A program made the translations under genes and the position numbers. Below the pieces are notes generated by a model that searched no databases, was not told the origin of the DNA, and worked only from the letters and a program-made list of their open reading frames with translations. A stretch of 64,000 nt of DNA from an uncultured cyanobacterium (GTDB lineage Bacteria > Cyanobacteriota > Cyanobacteriia > Cyanobacteriales > Cyanobacteriaceae): the NCBI GenBank assembly GCA_963749915.1, contig CAVVOP010000021.1, positions 544,001 to 608,000 of the forward strand. The letters are read 5' to 3'. Of the stretch, positions 10,454 through 21,377 are shown in pieces (the stretch's first letter is position 1; each line of letters starts with the position of its first letter).

Positions 10454-11371
10454 ATGACAGAATCAATCTTCTATTCTTCTTATCCTCAATCCGAGGTTTC
10501 CTGCCAACCCCTTAAATGGATTCGTTGGTTAGTCTGGAAAATTGCCCTCGCAACTCTGGCTTTAATGGCTATTGGTGCGGCTACAAGGGTTATGAATGCT
10601 GGATTAGCTTGTCCTGATTGGCCTTTATGCTATGGTCAGGTTATACCCACTCAACAAATGAATTTACAAGTATTTTTGGAGTGGTTTCACCGTCTCGATG
10701 CGGCGTTAATTGGTTCAAGTACGATCGTCTTAGTGGCTTTATCTTGGTGGCATAAAGCAAAATTACCATCATGGTTACCTTGGGGAAGTAGTTTTGCCCT
10801 AAGTTTAATCATTTTTCAAGGTATTTTAGGGGGATTAACTGTCACCCAATTACTACGATTTGATATTGTTACGGCCCATTTAGGTACAGCTTTACTATTT
10901 TGGGGCACTCTAGTAGCGATCGCCAGTAACTTAACACCCTATCAGGGTAATGCCACCGTTGGCAAATTAACTGTAGTCAGTATCACCGCTACTATCTTAG
11001 TTTATCTCCAATGTTTATTAGGGGGTTTAGTCGCCTCTCGTTGGGCTTTGCATCAATGTTTTACGGGTAATCAACTCTGTTTGGTAATGAATAGTCATAT
11101 CATCGGCGTTTTTCCGGCGACAATTGCCTGTTTAACATTAGTAATTCTAGCATGGAAAACCCCAGCATTAACCGTTAAACTTAGGAATTTAACTAAATAT
11201 ATCGGTTTAATGGTTATAAGTCAAATATTACTTGGCATTGCTACTTTTTATCTTCATTTACAAGTAGAAACCCTTACCGTAGCCCATCATACAATGGGGG
11301 CGGCACTGTTCGGAATTTTAATCGCTTTTAGTGTTTTTGCAGGAAAAGATGGTCAATTAGTGAATCAGTAA
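10454..11371 (+). CDS. ctaA: Heme A synthase (COX15/CtaA)
   Basis: AGLACPDWPLC and EWFHR motifs; multi-TM; adjacent to ctaB. Confidence 0.92.
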   Translation: MTESIFYSSYPQSEVSCQPLKWIRWLVWKIALATLALMAIGAATRVMNAGLACPDWPLCYGQVIPTQQMNLQVFLEWFHRLDAALIGSSTIVLVALSWWHKAKLPSWLPWGSSFALSLIIFQGILGGLTVTQLLRFDIVTAHLGTALLFWGTLVAIASNLTPYQGNATVGKLTVVSITATILVYLQCLLGGLVASRWALHQCFTGNQLCLVMNSHIIGVFPATIACLTLVILAWKTPALTVKLRNLTKYIGLMVISQILLGIATFYLHLQVETLTVAHHTMGAALFGILIAFSVFAGKDGQLVNQ

Positions 11372-11452
11372 ATAGTAATCCAGTTAACTTTTTGATCTCA
11401 ATCCTGAGATATACCTTTAAGCATCACATCATTATTTTATTTAACAATTACC

Positions 11453-12391
11453 ATGATCGGATCTAGTATCTCACCCCGTAACGAAAATTTTGGGCAAGTA
11501 ATCCAAAGCTATTATCAATTAACTAAACCGCGCATTATTCCCTTACTCTTAATTACTACCGCCGCTTCCATGTTTATGGCTTCCGAGGGTAATATCGATC
11601 CGTTTTTACTAATTATGACTTTACTAGGAGGTTCTTTAGCCGCCGCTTCTGCGCAAACCTTTAACTGTGTTTATGATCAAGATATTGATTATGACATGAA
11701 AAGAACCAGAAAACGCCCCATTCCTTCAGGAAAAGTACAGTCTAACCATGCTATTATTTTCGGTATTATTTTAGGAATCCTATCTTTTTCCTTACTGGGG
11801 ATTTGGGTAAACCTACTTTCCGCCTTACTCACCATGTCAGGCATCGTCTTCTATATGTTAATTTATACCCACTGGTTAAAACGTCACACCACTCAAAATA
11901 TCGTCATCGGAGGTGCGGCGGGTGCAATACCTCCCCTTGTGGGTTGGGCGGCAGTTACAGGAGATTTAAGCTGGAGTGCGTGGGCGATTTTTACCCTGAT
12001 ATTTTTATGGACGCCGCCTCATTTTTGGGCATTAGCCTTGATGATTTCTGATGATTATGCGGAAGTAGGAGTGCCGATGTTACCCGTTATCGAAGGTGCA
12101 TCTAATACTGTTAAACAAATTTGGATTTACACCCTCATCACCGTTGCTTTTAGCTTCGTTTTGATTTATCCATTACATAGTCTCGGTTTTGTTTATTTTG
12201 GTTTCGCGATGGTTTTAGGTCTTAGTTTTATTCTTAAGGCATGGCAATTATTACAACAACCTGAAGATAAAGAATTGGCAAAATCCATGTTTAAGTATTC
12301 TATTCTTTACATGATGCTTTTATGTACAGGAATAGTCATTGATACTTTACCTAGTATTCATCAATTAACCGGTTTTTTCCCCATTAATTAA
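11453..12391 (+). CDS. ctaB: Protoheme IX farnesyltransferase (heme O synthase)
   Basis: LTKPRII, DIDYDMKRTRKRPIPSG, GGAAGAIPPLVGW and WTPPHFWALA motifs. Confidence 0.95.
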   Translation: MIGSSISPRNENFGQVIQSYYQLTKPRIIPLLLITTAASMFMASEGNIDPFLLIMTLLGGSLAAASAQTFNCVYDQDIDYDMKRTRKRPIPSGKVQSNHAIIFGIILGILSFSLLGIWVNLLSALLTMSGIVFYMLIYTHWLKRHTTQNIVIGGAAGAIPPLVGWAAVTGDLSWSAWAIFTLIFLWTPPHFWALALMISDDYAEVGVPMLPVIEGASNTVKQIWIYTLITVAFSFVLIYPLHSLGFVYFGFAMVLGLSFILKAWQLLQQPEDKELAKSMFKYSILYMMLLCTGIVIDTLPSIHQLTGFFPIN

Positions 12392-12552
12392 CTCCCTAAA
12401 TATTCTCCTCTCGCCTTCTGGGAGGAGAATTTGGTCTACTATACTCGAGATTAATTTGATTGTAGGATTGTAACTGTGTAAATTATGTCAAATTCAAAAA
12501 TTTTGTTTGAGTAATTAAAACATATTAAAATAATAAGAAATCAATAAAAATT

Positions 12553-13305
12553 ATGACCAATTTAACCCCTATTCCTGACATAGAATTATTATCAACAGAA
12601 TTACCACCAACAGATTTAATTTATGATGATGGGGAACCAATGGAAAGTAATCAGCACCGCATTGCGATGAACACCCTGATTGATTCTCTGGAAAACTCAT
12701 TAATGAAACAGAGAAATGACTTTTTTGTGGGTGGTAATATGTTTATTTATTATAGTGCCATTCAAGCCAAAAACAGAGATTTTAGAGGACCAGATTTTTT
12801 TCTAGTTTTAGATACAAACTTTGATAATTCTCGTAAGGCATGGGTAGTGTGGAATGAAAATGGTCGTTATCCCGATGTAGTTATTGAATTAATGTCCCCA
12901 TCCACTGCGGACATAGATAAGGGTGAAAAGAAATATATTTATGAAAAAATTTTTAAAACTAGGGAATATTATGTTTTTGACCCTTTTGATCGTAATTCGT
13001 TACAAGGGTGGCGTTTAAATGAAGAAATGAAGTATCAAGAAATAGTCCCCAATGAAAAAGGTTGGCTTTTATGTCAAAGCGTTAATTTATGGTTAGGTCC
13101 TTGGGAAGGGGTTATTAACAGGGAAAAAGCCCATTGGCTCAGATTTTATGAGCAAAATGGAAATGTTGTTCTCCTACCGGCGGAGGAAGCTCAATTAGAA
13201 GCTCAACAAGCCCAACTAGAAGCTCAACAAGCTCAACAAAAATTAGGGCTTTTAGCCGCTCGATTGCGGGAGTTGGGGGAAAATCCAGAAGACTATCTCC
13301 CATAG
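12553..13305 (+). CDS. Uma2 (DUF820) family endonuclease-like protein
   Basis: DGEPMES..H, FRGPDFF, PDVVIELMSPST and EYYVFDP motifs; Q/A-rich coiled tail. Confidence 0.9.
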   Translation: MTNLTPIPDIELLSTELPPTDLIYDDGEPMESNQHRIAMNTLIDSLENSLMKQRNDFFVGGNMFIYYSAIQAKNRDFRGPDFFLVLDTNFDNSRKAWVVWNENGRYPDVVIELMSPSTADIDKGEKKYIYEKIFKTREYYVFDPFDRNSLQGWRLNEEMKYQEIVPNEKGWLLCQSVNLWLGPWEGVINREKAHWLRFYEQNGNVVLLPAEEAQLEAQQAQLEAQQAQQKLGLLAARLRELGENPEDYLP

Positions 13306-13333
13306 AAAATATTATTTTATTCCCTTATTAATC

Positions 13334-14800
13334 ATGAAAATAAAATTACAAAAATTATGGCAATGGCTAGGATTTAGTTTCGTCACCATCGCCTTGATTA
13401 TTACCACTCATAATGTTGCTTTTGCCGAGGTTTCTCCCAGTTATAAAAATTTACAATATCCTCCTTTACCGGAAATTCAATTACCAGAATATGAGCGTTA
13501 TCAACTTAATAATGGTATGGTGATTTATCTTGTGGAAGATCATCGATTACCCTTGATTAGTGGTAATGCTATAATTCGCACAGGATCAAGATTTGAACCT
13601 TTAACTCAAGTGGGTTTAGCTGATTTGACAGGGGATTTGATGCGTCTTGGGGGTACTAAAAATCACACTCCTGAACAATTAAACTATATTTTGGAACAAA
13701 AAGCTTCTGCTATTGAAACCTCTATTAATACAACTTCAGGTAGTGCTAGTTTTGCTTCTCTCCGTTATGATTTAGATACGGTTTTTCCTCTTTTCGCTGA
13801 AGTTTTACAATCCCCCGTATTTGATGAGCAACAATTAAGCTTACAACAGACTAAAACAAAAGGTGCGATCGCCAGAAGAAATGATAACCCCGGACAAATA
13901 GCGAGTCGAGAATTTGCCAAACTAATATATGGTGATAATAGTCCTTATGCCCGTACCGTTGAATATAAAACTTTAAACAATATTAGTCGTGAAGATTTAG
14001 TTAGTTTTTATAGTAAATATATTCGCCCTGATAATATTATCTTGGGGATAGTAGGGGATTTTGACACCGCACAAATGAAGTCATTAATCGAAAAAACCTT
14101 CGGTAATTGGCAAGTAAAAACCCCTTCTCCGAATTTAAAAATTGCCCCTCCTCAACAACAAAAAACAGGAGGAATTTATATTGTCGATCAACCCCAACTA
14201 ACTCAAAGTAATATTTTATTAGGTCATTTAAGCGGTAAAAAAGATGATCCTAATTATGGCACGTTAAGCGTTATTAACGGTATTTTGAACGGTTTTGGCG
14301 GCAGACTATATAATGAAATCCGCTCCAGTCAAGGATTAGCTTATTCGGTATATGGTGTCTGGAGAGGAAATTATGACTATCCGGGGGTGTTTGTAGCCGG
14401 AGGACAAACAAAAAGTGAAACTACCACCCAATTTATTAAGTCGGTGGCGGTCGAAATTGAGCGTTTACGGACTCAACCCGTTACCCAGGAAGAATTAGAT
14501 TATGCAAAAGATTCAATTCTAAATTCTTTCGTATTTCAATTTCAAGATCCCTCTCAAACCCTATCCCGTTTAATGACTTACGAATATTTTGGCTATCCCA
14601 CTAACTTCATTTTTGACTATCAAAAGGCGGTAAAAAATACCACCATTGAGGATGTGTTGAGAGTTGCACAAGAATATTTACACCCCGATCGCATTGTCAC
14701 TTTAATAGTAGGCAATGAAGAAGCGGTTAAACAAGATTTAGCCAATCTTCAGCAAAAAATTATCAGTGTTGATGTGACAATTCCCGAACCTTCTACTTAA
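13334..14800 (+). CDS. M16 family peptidase-like protein (probably non-catalytic subunit), exported
   Basis: LNNGMVIYLVEDHRLP and RSSQGLAYSV motifs; no HXXEH; signal peptide. Confidence 0.85.
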   Translation: MKIKLQKLWQWLGFSFVTIALIITTHNVAFAEVSPSYKNLQYPPLPEIQLPEYERYQLNNGMVIYLVEDHRLPLISGNAIIRTGSRFEPLTQVGLADLTGDLMRLGGTKNHTPEQLNYILEQKASAIETSINTTSGSASFASLRYDLDTVFPLFAEVLQSPVFDEQQLSLQQTKTKGAIARRNDNPGQIASREFAKLIYGDNSPYARTVEYKTLNNISREDLVSFYSKYIRPDNIILGIVGDFDTAQMKSLIEKTFGNWQVKTPSPNLKIAPPQQQKTGGIYIVDQPQLTQSNILLGHLSGKKDDPNYGTLSVINGILNGFGGRLYNEIRSSQGLAYSVYGVWRGNYDYPGVFVAGGQTKSETTTQFIKSVAVEIERLRTQPVTQEELDYAKDSILNSFVFQFQDPSQTLSRLMTYEYFGYPTNFIFDYQKAVKNTTIEDVLRVAQEYLHPDRIVTLIVGNEEAVKQDLANLQQKIISVDVTIPEPST

Positions 14801-14885
14801 ATCTTATGGCAAATTTAAAATATATTAGTGGGGTACAATATTGAGAATCATTTATCTTATTTATTTTGAAATTTAATTTATAATT

Positions 14886-15428
14886 ATGTGGCGTAAAATT
14901 CCCTTAGCATTAGTAGGTTTAACCATTGGTTCAATTTTGACAGTAATAGGATTTGTTGCCTATGCCATCGGTAACTCTACCTTAAATTTAGCCGGTTTTT
15001 TCTATGGAATACCCCTATTATTGGGAGGATTAGCCTTAAAAGCCGCTGAATTAAAACCCATTCCTTTTGCGGCCGAAACCCCTCCAGAAGTCCTAGCTTT
15101 GAGGAAAGAAAAAGCTACCGATACTCAAAATCAATTACGCAATGATGTAACTCGTTATCGTTACGGACAGGAAGCTCATTTAGATGAGGCCTTACAGCGT
15201 CTTGATTTAAGTCCAACGGATGATGAAAGACCAATTTTAACTAAAATAAAAGAAGCGAATATTAACGATAATTATGCCCTAATTTTATACTTTGACTCCC
15301 CTCTTATTAGTTTTGAAACTTGGCAGGAAAGACAGGAAAAAATCACTAAATTTTTTGGTCCGGGTATCACCGCCGAAATTTCCCAATGTGAGGACAATGA
15401 GATTGAATTAGCTTTGATTTCTGTGTAA
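14886..15428 (+). CDS. DUF2854 family membrane protein
   Basis: Two TM segments; GLALKAAELKP and DVTRYRYGQEAHLD motifs. Confidence 0.8.
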   Translation: MWRKIPLALVGLTIGSILTVIGFVAYAIGNSTLNLAGFFYGIPLLLGGLALKAAELKPIPFAAETPPEVLALRKEKATDTQNQLRNDVTRYRYGQEAHLDEALQRLDLSPTDDERPILTKIKEANINDNYALILYFDSPLISFETWQERQEKITKFFGPGITAEISQCEDNEIELALISV

Positions 15429-15461
15429 AAAAAAGGCACTTAACTATTTATAATAATTGGA

Positions 15462-15494
15462 AAAGGGTTAGGAAATCGACACTCCTACCCTTGA
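15462..15494. terminator. Hairpin between convergent genes
   Basis: agggttagga...tcctaccct stem with A-rich flanks. Confidence 0.45.
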
Positions 15495-15503
15495 AAATTA
15501 AGT

Positions 15504-17156
15504 TTAATCAATTTGTAAAACTAATTGACCAAAACCGAATTTTTTACTATCTATTAATTCACCATAGAATAAATGTAAAATATCTTTTTGTTGAGGATTC
15601 CCACGAGATGAACCTTTTGCACCCATAGCGATAATAATGCCGCAATAACCCGAAAACTTAGCTACATCTTCTTGCCAAATTTTGAATTGTCTCTTAAAAC
15701 TATCATCTTCATCATCCTGCTCAATTTGGGCGAAAATATAGAAACTTTCTTCTTTAGTTTGTAAAATACCGAGAGAATAATTTATTTCTTTATAGGGATC
15801 ATAACCTTCATTAAAAGTTAAATTGATAACCCCTTCTTCTTCTTTTAGTGTCTCGATAATTAGTTGAGCTTTCGGGCGAGTCGTTTGTAAAATAATTACC
15901 GGAAAAAATGATTTAGAGGCTTTATTCTTAATTTTTTCAAAGGTTTTTAAAGGAATATTACTATAGGATTTATCTTGTACACTATTAAATAAATAACTCT
16001 CAATTTTATCCAAAGAAAATAACGTATCCTGTGGGATTAAAGTGTCATTAATTTCGGGAGAATCGTCTTCATCTTCTTCCTCGTCATCAAAATCAAAATC
16101 ATCATCGTCGCCATCCAAAATATCATTCAATTCCTGAGTCAATTCTGGGGTAGTGGAAACACTTATTTTTAAGGATGAATCCTCCGAAGGCACATTTAAA
16201 GTGTAATCTCGACTGATAAAATCTATTTCTTCCTCCGACAACTCCTCTTCACATTCACGCAGAAATCTGCCCAACGCTTGTATAGCTAAATAAATAGGAT
16301 AAACTTCTTCTTCTTCTCTAAGAGGTCTAATACCTTCGTAAGGGTGAATACTGCCAAAAATAGGACTGACATCACTTTCTAAAAAGTTGTCCCAGTTTGA
16401 TGATGGATTTTCTTCCTCTCCTTGAGAAAAATTTACAAACCAACAATCTTGTTGCATAAAAATGGCTTCTAACTCTCCTTCATCGGCGGAATCCGATAAA
16501 TCGACAACTTGTTGACGGAATTTTTTCATAGAATCTAAAGAACGATATAAAATCACTCCAAATTCCTGTCCCAACATGCCCATGACACAAGCATAAAGAC
16601 TTTCAACATTCCAATGATTAATTTCGATTTTAATTATTTCTTCTTCTGACAGCAAATGCCAAGGTTGTTGATCCCAAATTTCTGATAAAGCTATTTTGTC
16701 TAAGGCCTCTAACAATTCCGGCTCAATATTTCCAGTAGTCACCGTTTGCAGACTCTGAAAATTTTGCCATAACTCATCTAAAATAGGCAATTCTGACTGA
16801 TAATCAACAACAATATCTAAACCTTGTAATGCACCCCGTAAGAAAAACTGTAACTGTCTATCTCTGACCACAATTTTCTGTGGACGGGCCGGTTGTGCCG
16901 GATTCTGGGGGCTTTCGATGGCCTTTAATAATGTTCTTACCATGGCTTCTGGTCCTGTTTTCGATGCCATTACATCCATTGAGCGTACAAAACCCTCTGT
17001 ACCATCTACCCAAATAATACATTCACCATTATCTGCTAAATCTGGCTCAAGATTTTCCATCATACCTGTAATTGAACGGCGATCGCCTTCCCACACATGG
17101 GGAATTTGGGGAAGACGTTGTAATCTGTGTTTTGTGGTTTCTGGTAAGGAAGTCAT
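15504..17156 (-). CDS. Conserved cyanobacterial acidic hypothetical protein (DUF6930-like)
   Basis: 550-aa ORF with VWEGDRR, CVMGMLGQEFG and FGSIHPYEG motifs. Confidence 0.7.
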   Translation of the reverse strand: MTSLPETTKHRLQRLPQIPHVWEGDRRSITGMMENLEPDLADNGECIIWVDGTEGFVRSMDVMASKTGPEAMVRTLLKAIESPQNPAQPARPQKIVVRDRQLQFFLRGALQGLDIVVDYQSELPILDELWQNFQSLQTVTTGNIEPELLEALDKIALSEIWDQQPWHLLSEEEIIKIEINHWNVESLYACVMGMLGQEFGVILYRSLDSMKKFRQQVVDLSDSADEGELEAIFMQQDCWFVNFSQGEEENPSSNWDNFLESDVSPIFGSIHPYEGIRPLREEEEVYPIYLAIQALGRFLRECEEELSEEEIDFISRDYTLNVPSEDSSLKISVSTTPELTQELNDILDGDDDDFDFDDEEEDEDDSPEINDTLIPQDTLFSLDKIESYLFNSVQDKSYSNIPLKTFEKIKNKASKSFFPVIILQTTRPKAQLIIETLKEEEGVINLTFNEGYDPYKEINYSLGILQTKEESFYIFAQIEQDDEDDSFKRQFKIWQEDVAKFSGYCGIIIAMGAKGSSRGNPQQKDILHLFYGELIDSKKFGFGQLVLQID

Positions 17157-17256
17157 TTAGCAATTAACAATGAACAATGAATAATGAAGAAAGAAAAGAG
17201 GCAAAAGGTTAATTTTCTCGTGGCCCTCTGATCTTAAGCGTCTATTTCTTTATTCC

Positions 17257-18894
17257 CTAACTTTTTTGTAATAAGTCTGAAGAATTAATTTCTGCTTTAT
17301 CGATTAAGATACCATATTCTATACCCTCAACTACGGCTTGATAAGAGGCATCAATAATATTTGTCGATACTCCTACTGTAGTCCAACGTTGTTCACCGTT
17401 GCTAGATTCGATTAACACTCTAGTTTTAGCAGAAGTTCCGGCCGCACCATCGAGAATACGAACTTTATAATCCGTTAAGTGGAATTGGGCGATTTCAGGA
17501 TAAAATTTCACCAATGCCTTCCGCAAGGCCTCATCTAACGCTGATACAGGGCCATTTCCTTCCGCCACTTCTAACAATTGTTCGCCATCTACGACCACCT
17601 TGATGGTGGCTAAGGCGTGGGTGTAGGGGTTTGTTCCGTCGATAGTAATATCGGAGTGCACTTGGAAACCTTTAATACCAAATAACGACTTTCTTTGATT
17701 TAATGCTTCCCGTAATAATAGTTCAAAACTAGCCTCGGCGGCCTCAAATTGATAACCTTCACTTTCCAAGGCTTTGAGTTTCTGTAAGATTTCTCGACAG
17801 GTAGGGTCATTTTTATCTAATGAGATGCCAAGGGTTTTCGCTTTACTGATGATATTACTTAATCCTGCTTGATCTGATATGACGATTCTTCTTTCGTTAC
17901 CGATGGATTCAGGCCCTATGTGTTCATAGGTTAAGGGATTGCGAGCAACTGCTGATACATGAATACCACCTTTATGGGCAAAGGCAGATCGCCCCACAAA
18001 AGGAGCATGATCATCTGGTGCAAGGTTAACAATTTCACTGATCAAACGACTATTGGGAGTTAATTTCGTCAATTCTTCTGCAGATAGGCATTTATAGCCT
18101 AATTTTAGTTGTAAATTAGGGATTAGGGTGCATAAATTGGCGTTACCGCATCTTTCTCCATAACCGTTAATGGTGCCTTGGATCATGGTTACTCCTTCTA
18201 ATACCGAGGCGATCGCATTAGCTACGGCTGTACCACTATCATTATGAGTGTGGATACCTAATTTAACACCCTGGGGATCATCTAAATTGAGATGGAGTTT
18301 AGTAACGACTTCCGCGACAATTTGGCTAATTTCGTGGGGTAGTGTACCACCATTGGTATCGCAAAAAACTAACCATTGGGCCCCCCCCTTTATGGCTGCC
18401 TGAAGGGTTAACAAGGCATAATCGGCATTATTTTTATAACCATCGAACCAGTGTTCGGCATCGTAAATAACCCTTCTTCCTTGGGATCGTAAATAGGCGA
18501 TGGTGTCTTCAATCATGGCTAAATTCTCGCCGAGAGTGGTTTTTAAGCCCTCGGTAACGTGTAAATCCCAAGATTTTCCAAAAATTGTCACCCAATGAGT
18601 ATTTGCGGCCAGAATAGCCTTTAACATCGGATCTGCTTCAGGGGATTGATTCGGGCGACGGGTAGAACAAAAGGCCACGATTTGAGCCTGTTTGAGGGGT
18701 TCTTCTTTCAATTGCCAAAAAAATTGTACATCTTTTGGGTTAGCACCAGGCCAACCGCCTTCAATAAAGGGGATGCCCATATCATCTAATTTTCGGGCAA
18801 TTTTTAACTTATCAGCCAAGGAGAGGGAAATACCTTCCCTTTGAGCTCCGTCTCTCAATGTAGTGTCATATAACCAAATTTTTCTTTCATTCAT
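17257..18894 (-). CDS. cimA: Citramalate synthase
   Basis: DTTLRDGAQ, GGWPGANPKD, FGKSWDLHV, HTHND and FAHKGGIH motifs. Confidence 0.92.
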   Translation of the reverse strand: MNERKIWLYDTTLRDGAQREGISLSLADKLKIARKLDDMGIPFIEGGWPGANPKDVQFFWQLKEEPLKQAQIVAFCSTRRPNQSPEADPMLKAILAANTHWVTIFGKSWDLHVTEGLKTTLGENLAMIEDTIAYLRSQGRRVIYDAEHWFDGYKNNADYALLTLQAAIKGGAQWLVFCDTNGGTLPHEISQIVAEVVTKLHLNLDDPQGVKLGIHTHNDSGTAVANAIASVLEGVTMIQGTINGYGERCGNANLCTLIPNLQLKLGYKCLSAEELTKLTPNSRLISEIVNLAPDDHAPFVGRSAFAHKGGIHVSAVARNPLTYEHIGPESIGNERRIVISDQAGLSNIISKAKTLGISLDKNDPTCREILQKLKALESEGYQFEAAEASFELLLREALNQRKSLFGIKGFQVHSDITIDGTNPYTHALATIKVVVDGEQLLEVAEGNGPVSALDEALRKALVKFYPEIAQFHLTDYKVRILDGAAGTSAKTRVLIESSNGEQRWTTVGVSTNIIDASYQAVVEGIEYGILIDKAEINSSDLLQKS

Positions 18895-19059
18895 CGCTAT
18901 AATTTTGCCCTCGTTACCAGAATTTATCTCACAACATAGCCCATATTATTTAATATCTTAACTTAATTAATTTCAAATATTTGTTCGATCAACCAATTAA
19001 CAATTAAGATTTAATATTGAGACATTAAAAACAAATAAACGAACAATAAAAATAAGGTC

Positions 19060-20691
19060 ATGATACTAATGATGGACAATCGAGTAAACTTAAATGTTCT
19101 TAATGTACTGGCACAGGTACAAGAGTTTTCTCTGGAGGGAAATTTAGGTGATACATTATTAAATGTGGGAAAGGCTCTTTTAATTTTAATTATCGGGTTA
19201 ATTCTCGTCAATATTATTAAAGGACAAATCAAAAAATGGCTACATAAGACGGATATAGATAATCGTTTAGCCGCCATAGTTATAGGCGATCGTCCTGAAG
19301 ATTCATCCCAGATTCAAATCGAAAAATGGATTGCAGAAATTGTCGGCTGGATTATTACTTTATTTGTAATTATTGCCTTTTTTAACACCTTAGAATTAGA
19401 AGCAGTTTCTCAACCATTAAATACTCTTTTAGACACGGTTATTGGTTTTTTGCCCCGTGTAGGGAGTGCTATTTTTCTTCTTGTTTTAGCATGGGCAATA
19501 GCTACCATTGTTAAATTATTTGTCACTAAAACTTTAAATCAGTTTGGTTTAGACGAAAAATTAAATCAACAAATTCAAGAAACCGATGAGGAAGATCGTG
19601 AGGGTCAAGAAATTGCTTTAGGAGAAACTATCGGTAATGGTCTTTACTGGTTTATCTATCTCTTATTTTTACCGTCAATTCTCGGCGTTTTACGGCTAGA
19701 AGGTACTTTACGTCCCTTAGAAGAATTAGTTAATGATATTTTGGGTATTATCCCCAATGTTTTTGCGGCTATTCTTATTGCTTCCATTGGTTGGATTATT
19801 GCCCAAATTGTCAAAAAAGTAGTTATCAATCTTCTCAAAGCTAGTGGTGCAAATGCTTTGGGGACTAAATTTGGTCTATCTGCTACTAAAAAAAATCAGT
19901 CTTTAGCTTATCTCGTCGGCTCAGTAGTTTACGTCCTAGTGCTGATTCCTATTGCCATTACTGCCTTAGATGCTTTACAAGTTAAGGCTATTTCTACACC
20001 GTCCATCGCCATGCTAAATCAGGTTTTAGAGATATTGCCCAATTTACTAGCGGCGATCGTCATTATCGGTTTAGCCTATTTTGGTGGTCAATATTTATCA
20101 GAATTAATCAGTAATTTATTGACTAGCATTGGTTTTAATAATGTGTTTGTCTGGTTGGGAATCACTGATCCCACAAAAATAGAAGAAGAAGAAATACAAT
20201 CAGATATAATCCTAGAGGAGGAACAAGGTACTCAATCGATCAAATCAGCCAAAACCCCTGCAGAAATAGTGGGCGTAATTGTCTTAGTGGCTGTGATGTT
20301 AGTATCTCTTCTGACAGCAGTTGATATTCTCCAAATCAGTGCTTTGAAAGAAATGGTTGCTTTTGTCTTATTATTAGCCGGACAAGTTTTAGTTGGTGTA
20401 ATTATTTTAGGGATCGGTTTGTATTTTGCCAATTTAGTGTTTAAACTAATTGCCAATTCTGGTACTAATCAAGCTCATTTTTTAGCTCAGGTTGCCCGTA
20501 TTGGTATTATTATCTTGGTGTCTGCCATGGCTTTGGAAAGAATTGGTATCGCACCCAATATCGTTAATCTTGCCTTTGGTTTATTAACAGGAGGAATTGC
20601 CGTGGCCATAGCTCTTGCCTTTGGTTTAGGCGGCAGAGAAGCAGCAGGAAAAGCACTGGAACAATGGTTCAATTCCTTTAATCAAAAATAA
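19060..20691 (+). CDS. Mechanosensitive-channel TM_helix repeat membrane protein (CmpX-like)
   Basis: Repeated (F/I)LP.(L/V)..AI TM units; C-terminal ALAFGLGGREAA. Confidence 0.8.
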   Translation: MILMMDNRVNLNVLNVLAQVQEFSLEGNLGDTLLNVGKALLILIIGLILVNIIKGQIKKWLHKTDIDNRLAAIVIGDRPEDSSQIQIEKWIAEIVGWIITLFVIIAFFNTLELEAVSQPLNTLLDTVIGFLPRVGSAIFLLVLAWAIATIVKLFVTKTLNQFGLDEKLNQQIQETDEEDREGQEIALGETIGNGLYWFIYLLFLPSILGVLRLEGTLRPLEELVNDILGIIPNVFAAILIASIGWIIAQIVKKVVINLLKASGANALGTKFGLSATKKNQSLAYLVGSVVYVLVLIPIAITALDALQVKAISTPSIAMLNQVLEILPNLLAAIVIIGLAYFGGQYLSELISNLLTSIGFNNVFVWLGITDPTKIEEEEIQSDIILEEEQGTQSIKSAKTPAEIVGVIVLVAVMLVSLLTAVDILQISALKEMVAFVLLLAGQVLVGVIILGIGLYFANLVFKLIANSGTNQAHFLAQVARIGIIILVSAMALERIGIAPNIVNLAFGLLTGGIAVAIALAFGLGGREAAGKALEQWFNSFNQK

Positions 20692-20711
20692 ATCACGGAT
20701 TACAATACTGC

Positions 20712-20900
20712 TGGCACTTAAACAAAAAACAATAAGAAAATAGCCTCGAACCTAGGTGTGATAATGTATATACGCCAATGCCCCAAAAACCGCTGAAAGA
20801 AAGCCGGATATATCAAGGAAAAGCCTAGATCGTGGCAAATATATTTACCTGTAAAGGTTTGAGGCTATTTTTTAAAAACCCAAAAAATGTTTAAGTACCA
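20712..20900. mobile_element. ~190-bp non-autonomous element (MITE) with long imperfect TIRs
   Basis: tggcacttaaaca...aaaatagcctcgaacct on the left versus aggtttgaggctatttt...tgtttaagtacca on the right; no clear TSD. Confidence 0.6.
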
Positions 20901-21377
20901 CTGGGAGTTCCAAAAGAGCTTTAGGGAATCGCAAATAAAAGATATACCAGTTAATTTCTTGTATATTATTCAGATAGAGCTTGCTTTAAATGGCATTCTA
21001 TTTTCTTGCTACTCCCTTCTACCGTCTACTTGTCCAGGCCGTTGTGTCAGATCGGTTAATATCTCTGTGCAAGTAGTTAAGCAGGGGAAACGGTAAAAAC
21101 CCTACAACAGTAAACTTTCTCTTTTTTCTCGATTAATTTCCAGCTTTCCAACATTTATCACACTCTTGTTTAATCAACCATTTGCTTCCTGACACCGTTC
21201 CCCTCTGGAAGCAACAATGCAAGTCAAACGGCAAAAACATTGCTCTGGGATGAGTGAATTAAATGTTCTGGCACAATATCTGGACATATATCTATCCATT
21301 GTAATAGCTAATTAAATGAAATAAGAAATTTAGTTAAATAACTTTATATTTCTCTAAAAATCTTAATATCATTTTTG

